NCBI GenBank assembly: GCA_964650355.1
Contig: CAZYTL010000001.1
Location: 216,018 to 280,017 of the forward strand
Reading direction: 5' to 3'
Source of the DNA: an uncultured Gammaproteobacteria bacterium
GTDB lineage: Bacteria > Patescibacteriota > Microgenomatia > CAYXHB01 > CAZYTL01
Length of the DNA: 64,000 nucleotides
Each line of letters opens with the position of its first letter. The first letter of the stretch is position 1. A program made the position numbers and the translations under genes. Positions 37,086 to 47,315 of the stretch are shown here, piece after piece. The notes beneath the pieces are model-generated. The model did no database searches and was not told the origin of the DNA. It saw only the letters and a list, made by a program, of their open reading frames with translations.

Positions 37086-38783
37086 TTAATCCAGGTTGTA
37101 AATCTCAAAGGCCGGCTGCCCGTCAGGAATCTTAATTGTTTCCTCATGATTAATGGTCCAGATCTTGTATTCCGGATTTTGTTCTAAATAACTGGTAGGA
37201 AATACTAACCAATCAATTGGCTGTTTATTTAGAAAAGCAGTTAAGTCATCTACTGATTTTGGCCAACCGAAAAACAGCCGTTCATCTGTTTGGTAAAAAG
37301 TGGAATTTCCAGTTTTAATTTCCATCGGTTCGCTTAAGTCTTCCGAATCAGTAATCTTAGATTGCCAAAATCTGAAATAACTACGAGGATAATATCCTGA
37401 CCAAATCACCAGCATTGATTGGTTGATCTTATCCTGTTGAAATTCAGCCAGCTCCTTAAACCCTGATTCAAAGCTTCTGGCAGCCAAAGTAGGGAACACA
37501 TGAAAATACCCGAAAAGAAAGTAATAGAAAGAATATGCACCAACGCCTAGAACAAATAACCAATATCCGAATTTGAAATACTGATTACGAATTACCTGCC
37601 CTGAACCTTGTCGTAATCCTGTTATCCGATTACTCAACTCGACAATTCCGATTGCCGTTAAGATGGTCAAAAACGGCATCATGGTAATCGCTCTTAATAA
37701 ATAGCCGGCCCCATCATTCGTCAACGCTGCCGGAATGGGTGAGGCTAAAATCCACACTCCAAATAGTTGTTTGGTCTGGTCATTGTTTCGTTGTTTCATA
37801 AATACGTAAGCTCCATAAACCATAAAAGGCAGTAAAAAAGGGTAAAATTCGCCTACCATATTGGTTGAATGCCTTAAAATCGGATCGCCTTTTAAGAATA
37901 ACCATTCTGGGGTGAAAAAGGACAAATAGTTTTCTGTAAATTGGGCCACTACCGCAACAGGGAAATTGTAAAAAAGGCGATTAATTAATTCCGGATCCCG
38001 ATTCAGGGAAAATATTGTTGGAGAAGAGTCTCTGGCAATTCCTCGATACAAATCAGTTTCTGCTGTCACGTTCACATCTCGCCAGATAGCCAAATCCAGA
38101 CCCCGTGCTTGAGGCGATAGCCCCTTATAGCGGGTCATTAAAATCATTAATCCGATTAGAGCTACTGCTCCTCCTCCGGCGATCAATTTCCATCTCTGTA
38201 CCTGATTCCTGACCTTGGCTTGTTGATAAAAAACCAATCCTAAGATAAAAGGTAGCATCACAATTATGGACGAGTAAACATAAGCCGCTGCCATTAAGGG
38301 CAAGAATGACCACCACAATTTTCCCCGTAAATACAAACCTGCATATAAACAAACCAACATTAATAAAATCGGGATATGGGTATGACCGATTCGACTAATC
38401 ATAAATGACCAGGGAAGCACTGCGGTTAATCCGGCTGCTATTAGGGAGATTCGCCAGCGACTTTGTTTATCACCTTTCATTCCATTAGCCAGAAAGAAGA
38501 CTCCCAGCGGCAGTAAACTGCCGTAAATTGCCGCTGGAAGACGTACTGCCAGTGTGGTCTTACCCAAAAACCAGGTAAATGTAAATATCCGGTTGTAGAC
38601 ACTGGTCAACAGGTTACCCACTGATAACGGATGACTGTTCAGCCATTGAAGTAGATAAACCTGACCGGCCTCATCTGCATAAAGAGGTGGAATATTTAAA
38701 TTAAGACGATAGAGTCTGATTGCTAGTGATAAAATAATCACTGCCCCCAGAATTAGCGTTGTTCGAGATCGTGTCAATTTCAT
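37086..38783 (-). CDS. ArnT/PMT-family GT-C membrane glycosyltransferase candidate
   Basis: 565 aa, polytopic. N-terminal RLYRLNLNIPPLYADEAGQVY loop (DE-containing first extracytoplasmic loop). Confidence 0.55.
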   Translation of the reverse strand: MKLTRSRTTLILGAVIILSLAIRLYRLNLNIPPLYADEAGQVYLLQWLNSHPLSVGNLLTSVYNRIFTFTWFLGKTTLAVRLPAAIYGSLLPLGVFFLANGMKGDKQSRWRISLIAAGLTAVLPWSFMISRIGHTHIPILLMLVCLYAGLYLRGKLWWSFLPLMAAAYVYSSIIVMLPFILGLVFYQQAKVRNQVQRWKLIAGGGAVALIGLMILMTRYKGLSPQARGLDLAIWRDVNVTAETDLYRGIARDSSPTIFSLNRDPELINRLFYNFPVAVVAQFTENYLSFFTPEWLFLKGDPILRHSTNMVGEFYPFLLPFMVYGAYVFMKQRNNDQTKQLFGVWILASPIPAALTNDGAGYLLRAITMMPFLTILTAIGIVELSNRITGLRQGSGQVIRNQYFKFGYWLFVLGVGAYSFYYFLFGYFHVFPTLAARSFESGFKELAEFQQDKINQSMLVIWSGYYPRSYFRFWQSKITDSEDLSEPMEIKTGNSTFYQTDERLFFGWPKSVDDLTAFLNKQPIDWLVFPTSYLEQNPEYKIWTINHEETIKIPDGQPAFEIYNLD

Positions 38784-38797
38784 ATCTGGATAAACGT

Positions 38798-40240
38798 CTA
38801 TTCAACAAATTGTCTTGTGCTGAGGGGAATTCTTTGCTTTCCTTCCGGTCTGGGTTGATCAGGAAAATCTTCATAATAAACTTGAATGGTTGGATTTTGA
38901 TAGATTACACGAAACATATCCGCATAAGAAATCGCTTGGGCTATCTGTTTAGAAGATCCCCAAGATTGGCCAAAATCGTCAGTATCATTTACAAATTCAA
39001 AATAAGATCCGGCCGGATATTGAGGATAATTTGTCTGCAAAAAATTAGCCACCTTTTGGCTGACTTTTGCCCGATTTACTGAGTAGTGATGTGTGTAAGT
39101 CAAATAATTCATCGACAAGTTTAATCCCAACCAGCTAACTACAAATATTCTACTCCACATCCCCGGACGGTTGTTTTTCCCCATCACTAACCAAGCCAAC
39201 CCTAAACTAAACCCTACCATCGGCAGAGTTAGTTCCAGAGTAAACTTATGCCAGGGCAACCAGAGCACCGGCAACAGACATACCACAAACCATCCTAATG
39301 CCAACCCGCCCATCTTCAATAATTGTCGCTTCTCCTTTGCCTTAGACAAATAATTTAAGCCCAGTCCTGCCAGTAACACTATTGTGGCTCCTACCGATCC
39401 TAGCATCCACCAGGACCACTTTCCAAAGTCGCTCCAAAACTTGGGGATAATCCGTAAACCACTGCCCACGTAATCCACTAAAAATTCAGGAGCGCCTAAT
39501 GCCCATAAACCATACCAAAACAAAGTGTTCAAGTTTTTCTTTAAAGAAAAACTTCCCACATAACTGTCTCCTTCTAAGGGCTTAAAGATCACCAATCTTA
39601 GATACCCATACCCGATTGCTACCAAAAAAAAGGGAAGATAACTTTGAAACCTAAATCGGTGTCTATACCAATCAATACCGACTAAGAGAACGGGCAGAAC
39701 TATGGCTGTTTCCTTGGATAATAGGGCTAAAATGAAAAAAAATATTGTTCGCAATAAATTTCCCTTCAGATGGCTTAAAACTGCTAATAAAATGAACATG
39801 GTCATCAGCAATTCCTGAAAAGTGGATAAAAAATAAAGCTTAGTAAAATTCGTCACCGAGAAACCATAGAAACATGTTACCCAGAAGGCAACATGTTTAT
39901 TAGTCAATAACTCAATAATCCAATAAACTAACAACAGGGTATATCCAAAAACAAACAAGGATATTAAATGACCGGGGATTGGGTTTAATCCAGATAGTTG
40001 ATAGCCCAGCCAAAAGAACACCTGGGTAGATAACGGTCGATAAAAACTAATCGATTGGGGAGTGGGGGAGAAAGAAAAGAAATTGAGAAACTCATTAACA
40101 TTGGAAATTTGCACCACCCGCAGGTGAAACCAATCATCAGCAGAAAAAAAATTTCCCAGCGAAGGCAAATACACGGCCATTGCCCCGGCTATAATCAATA
40201 ACAGCCTCCAACTAACAATTAGATTTTGTTTTTTCTCCAT
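38798..40240 (-). CDS. polytopic membrane protein, GT-C-like
   Basis: 480 aa, 11 or more TM. N-terminal FSADDWFHL loop. Short soluble C-terminal domain. Confidence 0.45.
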   Translation of the reverse strand: MEKKQNLIVSWRLLLIIAGAMAVYLPSLGNFFSADDWFHLRVVQISNVNEFLNFFSFSPTPQSISFYRPLSTQVFFWLGYQLSGLNPIPGHLISLFVFGYTLLLVYWIIELLTNKHVAFWVTCFYGFSVTNFTKLYFLSTFQELLMTMFILLAVLSHLKGNLLRTIFFFILALLSKETAIVLPVLLVGIDWYRHRFRFQSYLPFFLVAIGYGYLRLVIFKPLEGDSYVGSFSLKKNLNTLFWYGLWALGAPEFLVDYVGSGLRIIPKFWSDFGKWSWWMLGSVGATIVLLAGLGLNYLSKAKEKRQLLKMGGLALGWFVVCLLPVLWLPWHKFTLELTLPMVGFSLGLAWLVMGKNNRPGMWSRIFVVSWLGLNLSMNYLTYTHHYSVNRAKVSQKVANFLQTNYPQYPAGSYFEFVNDTDDFGQSWGSSKQIAQAISYADMFRVIYQNPTIQVYYEDFPDQPRPEGKQRIPLSTRQFVE

Positions 40241-40293
40241 CTCTCTTATTCTACCCTATTACTCATTTCTAGTTATCGGTTACCGATTACTCT

Positions 40294-41370
40294 CTACCGA
40301 CTTCGTTTCCTTATTTTCTGCAAAAAACTCTTTATTGATTTTAATTCGGGACTATAGATTGTAAGCATATAACGCACCGCCCCTATAAAGACAAAAATAT
40401 AGCCCCAGGCAGCGATTTTCTCTGCCGTCTCAATTTGACGAATCATGAACAGTATCGGGTAGGAAATAATAAAACATAATGAGAATAAGAATATCTCAGA
40501 GTGGTTAACCTTGTACAAATAAATGGCGACAGCACTGAGTAAGGTGATCAGTAAAGTTAAGCTATCACTGGATTCTTTAATGAAAAAAACATCTAGTATC
40601 ATCAACCCCAATATTATTGAAGGAAGCCAAGCAGTTATCAGCAATTTTTTGACATACAAATTCTTATTTGGTATGGGGAGTGAATAACGCCTCGATATTA
40701 AGATAAAAATTAAAAAGTAAACGATTAGAGGAATGAATAATGTCCAGAGATAGATCAGAAACCCATGATCAACCAACAAGTTGATTAGTTTGTTAAAACT
40801 AAATTTAAGTAAGAACAGCAAAGAAGAAGAAAGCGCCTCCTTATCCACTAGATATCTAGTGGTAATTTGCGGTGGATATCTGCTAATAGCCACGGCATCC
40901 GCTGGTCCGCCATTTTGGGATTCAATCTCGATTTCATAACTTTTCCCCTTGGCATCTTTTACCACTGGAAACACAAAAGGAAAAAGTTGATCAGACTTGA
41001 AATTAGACGCCTGATAACTATTTTCGTAAAACCATCCGGGTTGATCTTTTTCCTTGATTCTAAACGCCACAGTATCATTGCTCTGACGATCGAAAGTATA
41101 AAATCGCACGAATATCGCGTCCAAATTGTTGTCAACAGCAGTGATCTCTCGATAAAATTTCATTCCGGCATATATTTTCTTGTTCGTAGCGATTAAATCA
41201 ACAGTGGATTGTAGTGAGGTATAATTGAGCCAACCCACCTGGTCGCCTACATAATTAAAAATGCCCACGGCAATAAAACTTACATAAATCAGGGGCAGAA
41301 TCACCCAAAGGATGAGATTAACTGATTTGTTTTTATAAATGAGGGCTAACAATCTGGGTAACTTAATCAT
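40294..41370 (-). CDS. membrane protein, partner of the YfhO-like gene at 41389 (module copy B)
   Basis: 358 aa. N-terminal TM, ~180-aa extracytoplasmic domain (FVRFYTFDRQSNDTVAFRIKEKDQPGWFYENSY), C-terminal 4-5 TM bundle. Paralog of the gene at 43854..44879. Confidence 0.45.
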   Translation of the reverse strand: MIKLPRLLALIYKNKSVNLILWVILPLIYVSFIAVGIFNYVGDQVGWLNYTSLQSTVDLIATNKKIYAGMKFYREITAVDNNLDAIFVRFYTFDRQSNDTVAFRIKEKDQPGWFYENSYQASNFKSDQLFPFVFPVVKDAKGKSYEIEIESQNGGPADAVAISRYPPQITTRYLVDKEALSSSLLFLLKFSFNKLINLLVDHGFLIYLWTLFIPLIVYFLIFILISRRYSLPIPNKNLYVKKLLITAWLPSIILGLMILDVFFIKESSDSLTLLITLLSAVAIYLYKVNHSEIFLFSLCFIISYPILFMIRQIETAEKIAAWGYIFVFIGAVRYMLTIYSPELKSIKSFLQKIRKRSR

Positions 41371-41388
41371 AATTAATCATCGCTGATA

Positions 41389-43839
41389 TTATTTGGCTGT
41401 AAATTTAGGATAAACCAATACGTAGAAAATACTCATAGTCAAGGCAATGAGAGCGATCATCAAACCAACATAAAATAACCTCTGAGGCCAAAACTCTATT
41501 ATGAGTTCAAAATCGTAACTCCCGGTTTCATTACTCACGCATAAACTCAGATTCTGGCTACATAACTTTACTGGATCCACTATCCAGCTATTGGCATAAC
41601 TGTTTACCTTTTGGTGAGCGGCTTCATCCAGTGAGTGCTTAAACCAAGTCTCCGAAAAATTATCCCGCGCCAATTGTTCTCCTGAAATAGTTCCGGATTC
41701 AAGCAGTTTTCTTTCTTCTTGGCTCATGGACGCTAAATACGCCTTCCATTGGGGATGATAATTTTCTGAAAAGATGAGGGGAAATTCATCTTTTGCTCCC
41801 GTCACCAGCAGGCGATACTTTACCGGGCTTATTTGCTTCACCGTCAAAGTGGGTAAAGACATATTTTCAACCCGTTCATTCTGGTTACTCTCGAAATAAA
41901 CCGCTGACTTGATATCAAAATCCTTTTCCGACACTAAATCACCAATGTCCTCTTCTGAACGAGTGGTATAAATCATCCTGTCAGCCGCATATATTCTGGG
42001 TAAAAACAACTCATCAGCTAGTTGGTATGTCTTGGTGTGTTTACCATCGATCAATTGAGTTAATTGACTTTCACCGTCCACTTCCTGGAAAACAGAAGCA
42101 ATCTTCCAATCGTTTTTACAACTGGAGAAAACCGGATAAATATCATTACGAATTGCGACATATTTACTATTCGTCATCACTGCCAAATTAAGCCAATTCA
42201 GGTCTCTTAAACCACAAAAATGCTCATTAATCAATTTTGCCAAATTAACAGTTTCCTCATTAAAAGTAGGATTCTTAAGATACGAATGCTCTGGTTGCCC
42301 TCCTTGGGCCAAACTTTGATACTCGGTTGGTAAGTAAACCGGGCTATGTAACGCGGGCAAGAATAAAATTCGGTGTGCGATGGGATCACTTTCGCTTAAT
42401 TCGTAAGTAGCCACTAAATCTGGCGGTAATCGATAAAAATCCACATGATCACGTTTTTGTTCTAATAAGGTCTTCTGTCCCAAGTCGCCGCTCAGCCACC
42501 AACCACTTAACCAAATCAAGACCATTACTATCCAACCGGTTAATAAATAAGGTTTGAGTTTCACTAAATCAAGTCTATTTATGTACTTGGCGAAAACTTT
42601 GCCTACCTTATTTTCCGATTTAAGTTTCGCCGTATTCTCTTGTTGAATTAAGTGATAAGCAAAAGCCGCCAGCAAGGGAATAAACAGCGCTGGTACCAGC
42701 ATTAAATGTTGCGGGCTGCGGTAAAGATTCATCAGAGGCACTACGCTAAACCACCACATGGCCACTCCTCCCCAAGGTTGCGTAGCACCTTTGACCACCA
42801 GTAAAGAAACAAAAAAGATTACTAACCATGGCAGCACGGGCTTGAGATTTTTCAGTTTTATGAGCATCAAAACCATTAAACCCAGTCCCAGCGCTGACAC
42901 TGCTACGACCAAAGGTCTGAAAAATTCCGGCAAAGAGTAAAAATATATATTTCTGTTCAAGTAACCACCAAGATTAGTGATATTTAACAATGACTGGGTA
43001 GTACTTTTTACATGAAGAAAATTGTCACTGAAGTTATTATTAAACACTGAACTGCTAAAACCTTTCAAATTGGCGATGAAGGGCAAGACCCAATACAAAT
43101 TTACCGCTAATAAAATCAGATGAGTCATAAAATACCTCAAAAAATAAAGTTTAAGTCTATGGCGTACTCCGGCCTCCCATAGCAAATACAGAAAAATTAA
43201 ACTCTCTATCAACACGAAATTTTGCAGTGAAGAAATCACAAAAATTGAAGCCAATAGCCAATACAGTAACCACTTATTTTTTAGCCCTTCTCTTACTAAC
43301 GTCATTATCCCCATTAACCAAAAAGGAATAGCAGCATAAGAAACCCACATATACCAAGACCCGCCGATAATATCATTAAACAAAAACGGAGAGAGCCCAT
43401 ACAAAACTGCAAACGGCAAGATCCAGTATTTTCCCAACAGCGGATCTTCTTCAGCCTCATTCTTAACAGCGCTCAAGATTTTCTCCGAGGGTCGCATATT
43501 AGCAAGTAAATAGCTGAGTAATTTGCCGAAGCCTACAATTGCCACCAAGACAACCGAAACGATTAACACCTTCACTGCCCATACCGCACCCAATACATGC
43601 CCCAATCCGGCCAGCAAAGCATTAGGCCCCAATTGCGCAATAGTCAAACTTAACGGGGTACCCAAGTCATTATTCCACCACGTAAATGTAGACACCACAG
43701 GGAGTCTATAAAACAAACTGTTTACATATGGAAAGGTAAAGTCCCAATTATGGCCAATCAGATTGGGGTTTATCAATACCCCTCGTAAGCAAACCGTGAC
43801 AAAGAGAACGATTAATCCAGATATTAATACAGTTTTCAT
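41389..43839 (-). CDS. YfhO-like large membrane protein (module copy B)
   Basis: 816 aa. GHNWDFTFPY N-terminal loop, polytopic core, extracytoplasmic C-terminal domain with YHPQWKAY and a final TM. Paralog of the gene at 44876..47287. Confidence 0.5.
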   Translation of the reverse strand: MKTVLISGLIVLFVTVCLRGVLINPNLIGHNWDFTFPYVNSLFYRLPVVSTFTWWNNDLGTPLSLTIAQLGPNALLAGLGHVLGAVWAVKVLIVSVVLVAIVGFGKLLSYLLANMRPSEKILSAVKNEAEEDPLLGKYWILPFAVLYGLSPFLFNDIIGGSWYMWVSYAAIPFWLMGIMTLVREGLKNKWLLYWLLASIFVISSLQNFVLIESLIFLYLLWEAGVRHRLKLYFLRYFMTHLILLAVNLYWVLPFIANLKGFSSSVFNNNFSDNFLHVKSTTQSLLNITNLGGYLNRNIYFYSLPEFFRPLVVAVSALGLGLMVLMLIKLKNLKPVLPWLVIFFVSLLVVKGATQPWGGVAMWWFSVVPLMNLYRSPQHLMLVPALFIPLLAAFAYHLIQQENTAKLKSENKVGKVFAKYINRLDLVKLKPYLLTGWIVMVLIWLSGWWLSGDLGQKTLLEQKRDHVDFYRLPPDLVATYELSESDPIAHRILFLPALHSPVYLPTEYQSLAQGGQPEHSYLKNPTFNEETVNLAKLINEHFCGLRDLNWLNLAVMTNSKYVAIRNDIYPVFSSCKNDWKIASVFQEVDGESQLTQLIDGKHTKTYQLADELFLPRIYAADRMIYTTRSEEDIGDLVSEKDFDIKSAVYFESNQNERVENMSLPTLTVKQISPVKYRLLVTGAKDEFPLIFSENYHPQWKAYLASMSQEERKLLESGTISGEQLARDNFSETWFKHSLDEAAHQKVNSYANSWIVDPVKLCSQNLSLCVSNETGSYDFELIIEFWPQRLFYVGLMIALIALTMSIFYVLVYPKFTAK

Positions 43840-43853
43840 ACCGGTTTATCAAT

Positions 43854-44879
43854 TTAATGATTAACTCGTAGTGCTCGCCAGCTAACTAAAATTTTTATTA
43901 ACCCGATTACCAGCAACAAGTAACTCCAGACGAAAAAATCGTTAGCTACATAGTCAAGGTTCAAAACAAAAAACAACAGATAAAGCAGCATAGCGCAGCC
44001 GCTAACCGCTAATATAAAGTTAGTTTTAACCTTATAAAAAATAATGCTTAATACGACTAAAATTAATAGAGCTGTTAATCTCAGACTATTCTGACTTTTG
44101 ATAACTAATATATCAAGACTGGTAAGCAGCACGGAAATCACTCCTAATAGGGGGTTACGACTTACCAGATTACCTAAACTAATAGATGAAGAAACCACCG
44201 TATTGAAAAAATTATTGTGGCGAAGCTTGACAAAAATTAAAAAGCCCAGATAACAAGCAATTATCAGCACCCTGATGATTATCAGTTTTAATAACCGCGG
44301 AGTTGAAAGAATTTCTGTAACCTTTAGATATAGAAATTTTATCAATTCGGATTTATTTGTTAACAGCTGGCTTAACTGAATTTTATATCTGGCTGAGTAT
44401 TGGGGTCTGACGCTACTAATGGCGATAGCATTACCATCTTGACCTTGAGTAGATTCGATTTGAAAAACATAATTATTTCCCCGCGATGATGTGATTAAGG
44501 GAAAACCGAAAGGAAATAATTCATCTGGTAAAAACTGATCAACTTTATATTTGTTTTCGTAATACCACTGGCTAGCACCTACTTGCTTAATCCTAAAAAT
44601 TAACCAATCATCACTGATCCGGTTAAAGTTATAAAAACGGATTGTGACCAACCCCAAATTATTAAAACCGGCAGTGAATTCATCCGTCACGATATCATTG
44701 GCATGTAATTCTGTTGATGGCTTAACGTTAGAGAAATTATGAAATTCTGCCGCAATTAAAATCCCGCCTTCCGTTTTGAGCTCCTCATATAAATCTGAGC
44801 CCAGATATAAAATTAGGCCAATGGGGATGAGGATCCAAATAACCAAGTTGGTAATTAAAACTGATAGTTTTTTCGTCAT
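43854..44879 (-). CDS. membrane protein, partner paralog (module copy A)
   Basis: 341 aa. TIRFYNFNRISDDWLIFRIKQVGASQWYYENKY aligns with the paralog at 40294..41370. Overlaps the upstream gene by 4 bp. Confidence 0.45.
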   Translation of the reverse strand: MTKKLSVLITNLVIWILIPIGLILYLGSDLYEELKTEGGILIAAEFHNFSNVKPSTELHANDIVTDEFTAGFNNLGLVTIRFYNFNRISDDWLIFRIKQVGASQWYYENKYKVDQFLPDELFPFGFPLITSSRGNNYVFQIESTQGQDGNAIAISSVRPQYSARYKIQLSQLLTNKSELIKFLYLKVTEILSTPRLLKLIIIRVLIIACYLGFLIFVKLRHNNFFNTVVSSSISLGNLVSRNPLLGVISVLLTSLDILVIKSQNSLRLTALLILVVLSIIFYKVKTNFILAVSGCAMLLYLLFFVLNLDYVANDFFVWSYLLLVIGLIKILVSWRALRVNH

Positions 44880-47287
44880 GGAGACTTATTATTCCTTTTA
44901 TTAACCATAAACGCCAGCACTCCTAATAATCCCAAGCCAGATATTATTAGACCGTAATAGAAATATCTTTGCAATTCATATTCCACGATTAACTCAAAAT
45001 CATAACTCTGACCTTGATCGATCAGACAGTCACCTGTTGGTTCGGCACACAAAGTTTGAGGGTCAATTATCCAAGCGTTAGCATAACCATTAGCCCGCAG
45101 ATGATCTTGTTCCCCCATAGTTGGCGTAGCTTTCCAGGTGTCCCAGATATGACCGTCAGTCAAGTTATCATTCTGAACCGTGCCGTAATAATTAGGGGAC
45201 ACGTATTTATCAGAATTCTCGCCCTGATTACCTTTAAGTCTGGCGAGATAAACCTTCCATCTGGGATTAAAGCTTTCAGAAAATACCAAGTGAAAAGGCT
45301 GGCTGGCGGATTTTACCACCAACGTATATTTAGTAGGATTAATCATTTTATATTCCAAAGTCGGACGATTATTGACCTGCTCGTGCTTGTCTTCGCTAGA
45401 GTTTAAATACAATACGCTTCCAACTTGATAATTCTGGTCTGCAAGTAACTGGGGAAGATCGTCAATCCCTAAGGTAGAAGAGTTTATTTGTGAAGGAACA
45501 TAAAATCTGGGAAGGAAATACTGATCATCCAGCTCATAAGTTGCCGTATATTTATCCTTGGTTAACAACCTCAAATGCTGGTTACTATCCACTTCCGCTA
45601 AAACAGACTCATTATTCCAGTGATTAAAACAATCACTGAACTTGGGCAGGATATCCCCTCTGACAGAAACATATTTAACATTCAAAATACTCATGAGATT
45701 TAGCCAGTTCGTCTTGTCCAACCCGCAAAAACTTCGGTTGACAATTTGGCCCATGATGTTCTCCTCTTCCCTAAACGTTCGGTTCTTTAAGTACATATAC
45801 TCTGGTTGACCCCCTTGGGAATAGTCTTGAAAATCAGTCTTTAAATACACAGGACTGTGCACCGCCGGCAAAAACACTATCCGGTGATTAAGTGGGGTGG
45901 TGTCATTTAGTTGGTAAGTTTCTGTGAGCGCCGGAGACAACCGATAAAAATCCAAGTGATCCACGCCTTTAGTTGATAAAATCTTTTGCCCTAAATCTCC
46001 AGTCCACCACCACCCACTAATCCAGACAAAAATCCCCAAAAGCAAGATAAAGTACAATCTGTTTTTATGATATTCCGGTTTAAGAGAGCTGACTGTATAA
46101 ACCAGGCGACTTTTAAGCTTTCTATTTAATGGTTTGACTTTGCCGCTAATGATTGTGTTATAAGCATAAGCGACTAGCAACGGAATTATAAACGCGGGAA
46201 TAAACATTAAATGCTGCGAAACCCGATACAAATTCATGATCTTGAACGAGTTAAAAATCCCCATCGTTAATTCCGGCCAGGGAGGATTACCGCCCTTAGT
46301 GACAATGATTAATAACATTAAGATCAAGGCGAAAACCGGGAAATCTGCCTTTTTACGGACCTTAGTTAGTGCATAGATGATCAACAACCAAACCAAAATA
46401 GTCACCAAAATGAAGAAAATGATCAGGGGATAAGAATAGAGGTTATAGTACAAATTTCTGTCCCAGTAACCGGTTAAATTGAAAATATTCGGAAGGGATT
46501 GAGTGTTATCCTTGGGATTAGCAAATCCTCCGTTGAAACCAACGTCAAGCCCCTGGATAAAGTTGCCAAGAGAAACCATTAAACTTAGTAGCCAATAGGA
46601 GTTTAATACGGTTAAAATGACATGCAAAGTTAAATACCTGCGGCCGAACAGCCAAATTCTTTTCTGAATAACCGACCGGTATATTAAAAAAAGCAGGGTG
46701 ATTGTTTCTACGGCTACAAAGTCTTGCAAAGAGCTGACCACGAAAATTGAAGATAGAACAAAGATCAGTAAATTCCTTTTAGAAAAACCTTGGATCACAA
46801 TCTTTAACTCAGCCAACATAAACCAGGGCGCCAGCGCGTAGGAAATCCACATGTACCATGACCCTCCGACAATTTCAGTGAAGAGAAAAGGAGAAAAGCC
46901 ATACAACAGAGCGAAGCCGATATTTTTATCAGACGGAGAAGTTAGGTAATCTAATAATTTACTAAAAAACAGAGTGGCGAATAAAACTACCACCACAGTT
47001 AATAATTTAGTCGTCCAAATCGGGCCTATTACAGTAGAAACACCTGCCAATAAAGTATTAGGTATCAGGTGCGCGACTGTGAAAAACTGCTCGAACCCCA
47101 AATTACTTGCCCACCAGGTATATAAAGATAAAACTGGCAGTCTGGCAAATAATTCTTTGGGATAGGGAAAAGTGAAATCCCAGTTATGCCCGATTTGAGC
47201 ATCAGCCTGCAAAACTTTCCTGAGAGAAAATAACACCAAAATTATTAATCCCAACCTAACTGCATTTTTTATTTGTCTTCCGTTCAT
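44876..47287 (-). CDS. YfhO-like large membrane protein (module copy A)
   Basis: 803 aa. IGHNWDFTFPY. C-terminal SYDFELIVEY plus a TM, homologous to the gene at 41389..43839. Confidence 0.5.
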   Translation of the reverse strand: MNGRQIKNAVRLGLIILVLFSLRKVLQADAQIGHNWDFTFPYPKELFARLPVLSLYTWWASNLGFEQFFTVAHLIPNTLLAGVSTVIGPIWTTKLLTVVVVLFATLFFSKLLDYLTSPSDKNIGFALLYGFSPFLFTEIVGGSWYMWISYALAPWFMLAELKIVIQGFSKRNLLIFVLSSIFVVSSLQDFVAVETITLLFLIYRSVIQKRIWLFGRRYLTLHVILTVLNSYWLLSLMVSLGNFIQGLDVGFNGGFANPKDNTQSLPNIFNLTGYWDRNLYYNLYSYPLIIFFILVTILVWLLIIYALTKVRKKADFPVFALILMLLIIVTKGGNPPWPELTMGIFNSFKIMNLYRVSQHLMFIPAFIIPLLVAYAYNTIISGKVKPLNRKLKSRLVYTVSSLKPEYHKNRLYFILLLGIFVWISGWWWTGDLGQKILSTKGVDHLDFYRLSPALTETYQLNDTTPLNHRIVFLPAVHSPVYLKTDFQDYSQGGQPEYMYLKNRTFREEENIMGQIVNRSFCGLDKTNWLNLMSILNVKYVSVRGDILPKFSDCFNHWNNESVLAEVDSNQHLRLLTKDKYTATYELDDQYFLPRFYVPSQINSSTLGIDDLPQLLADQNYQVGSVLYLNSSEDKHEQVNNRPTLEYKMINPTKYTLVVKSASQPFHLVFSESFNPRWKVYLARLKGNQGENSDKYVSPNYYGTVQNDNLTDGHIWDTWKATPTMGEQDHLRANGYANAWIIDPQTLCAEPTGDCLIDQGQSYDFELIVEYELQRYFYYGLIISGLGLLGVLAFMVNKRNNKSP

Positions 47288-47315
47288 ATCACTTTTCCTT
47301 AGTCTTAACAGTTAA

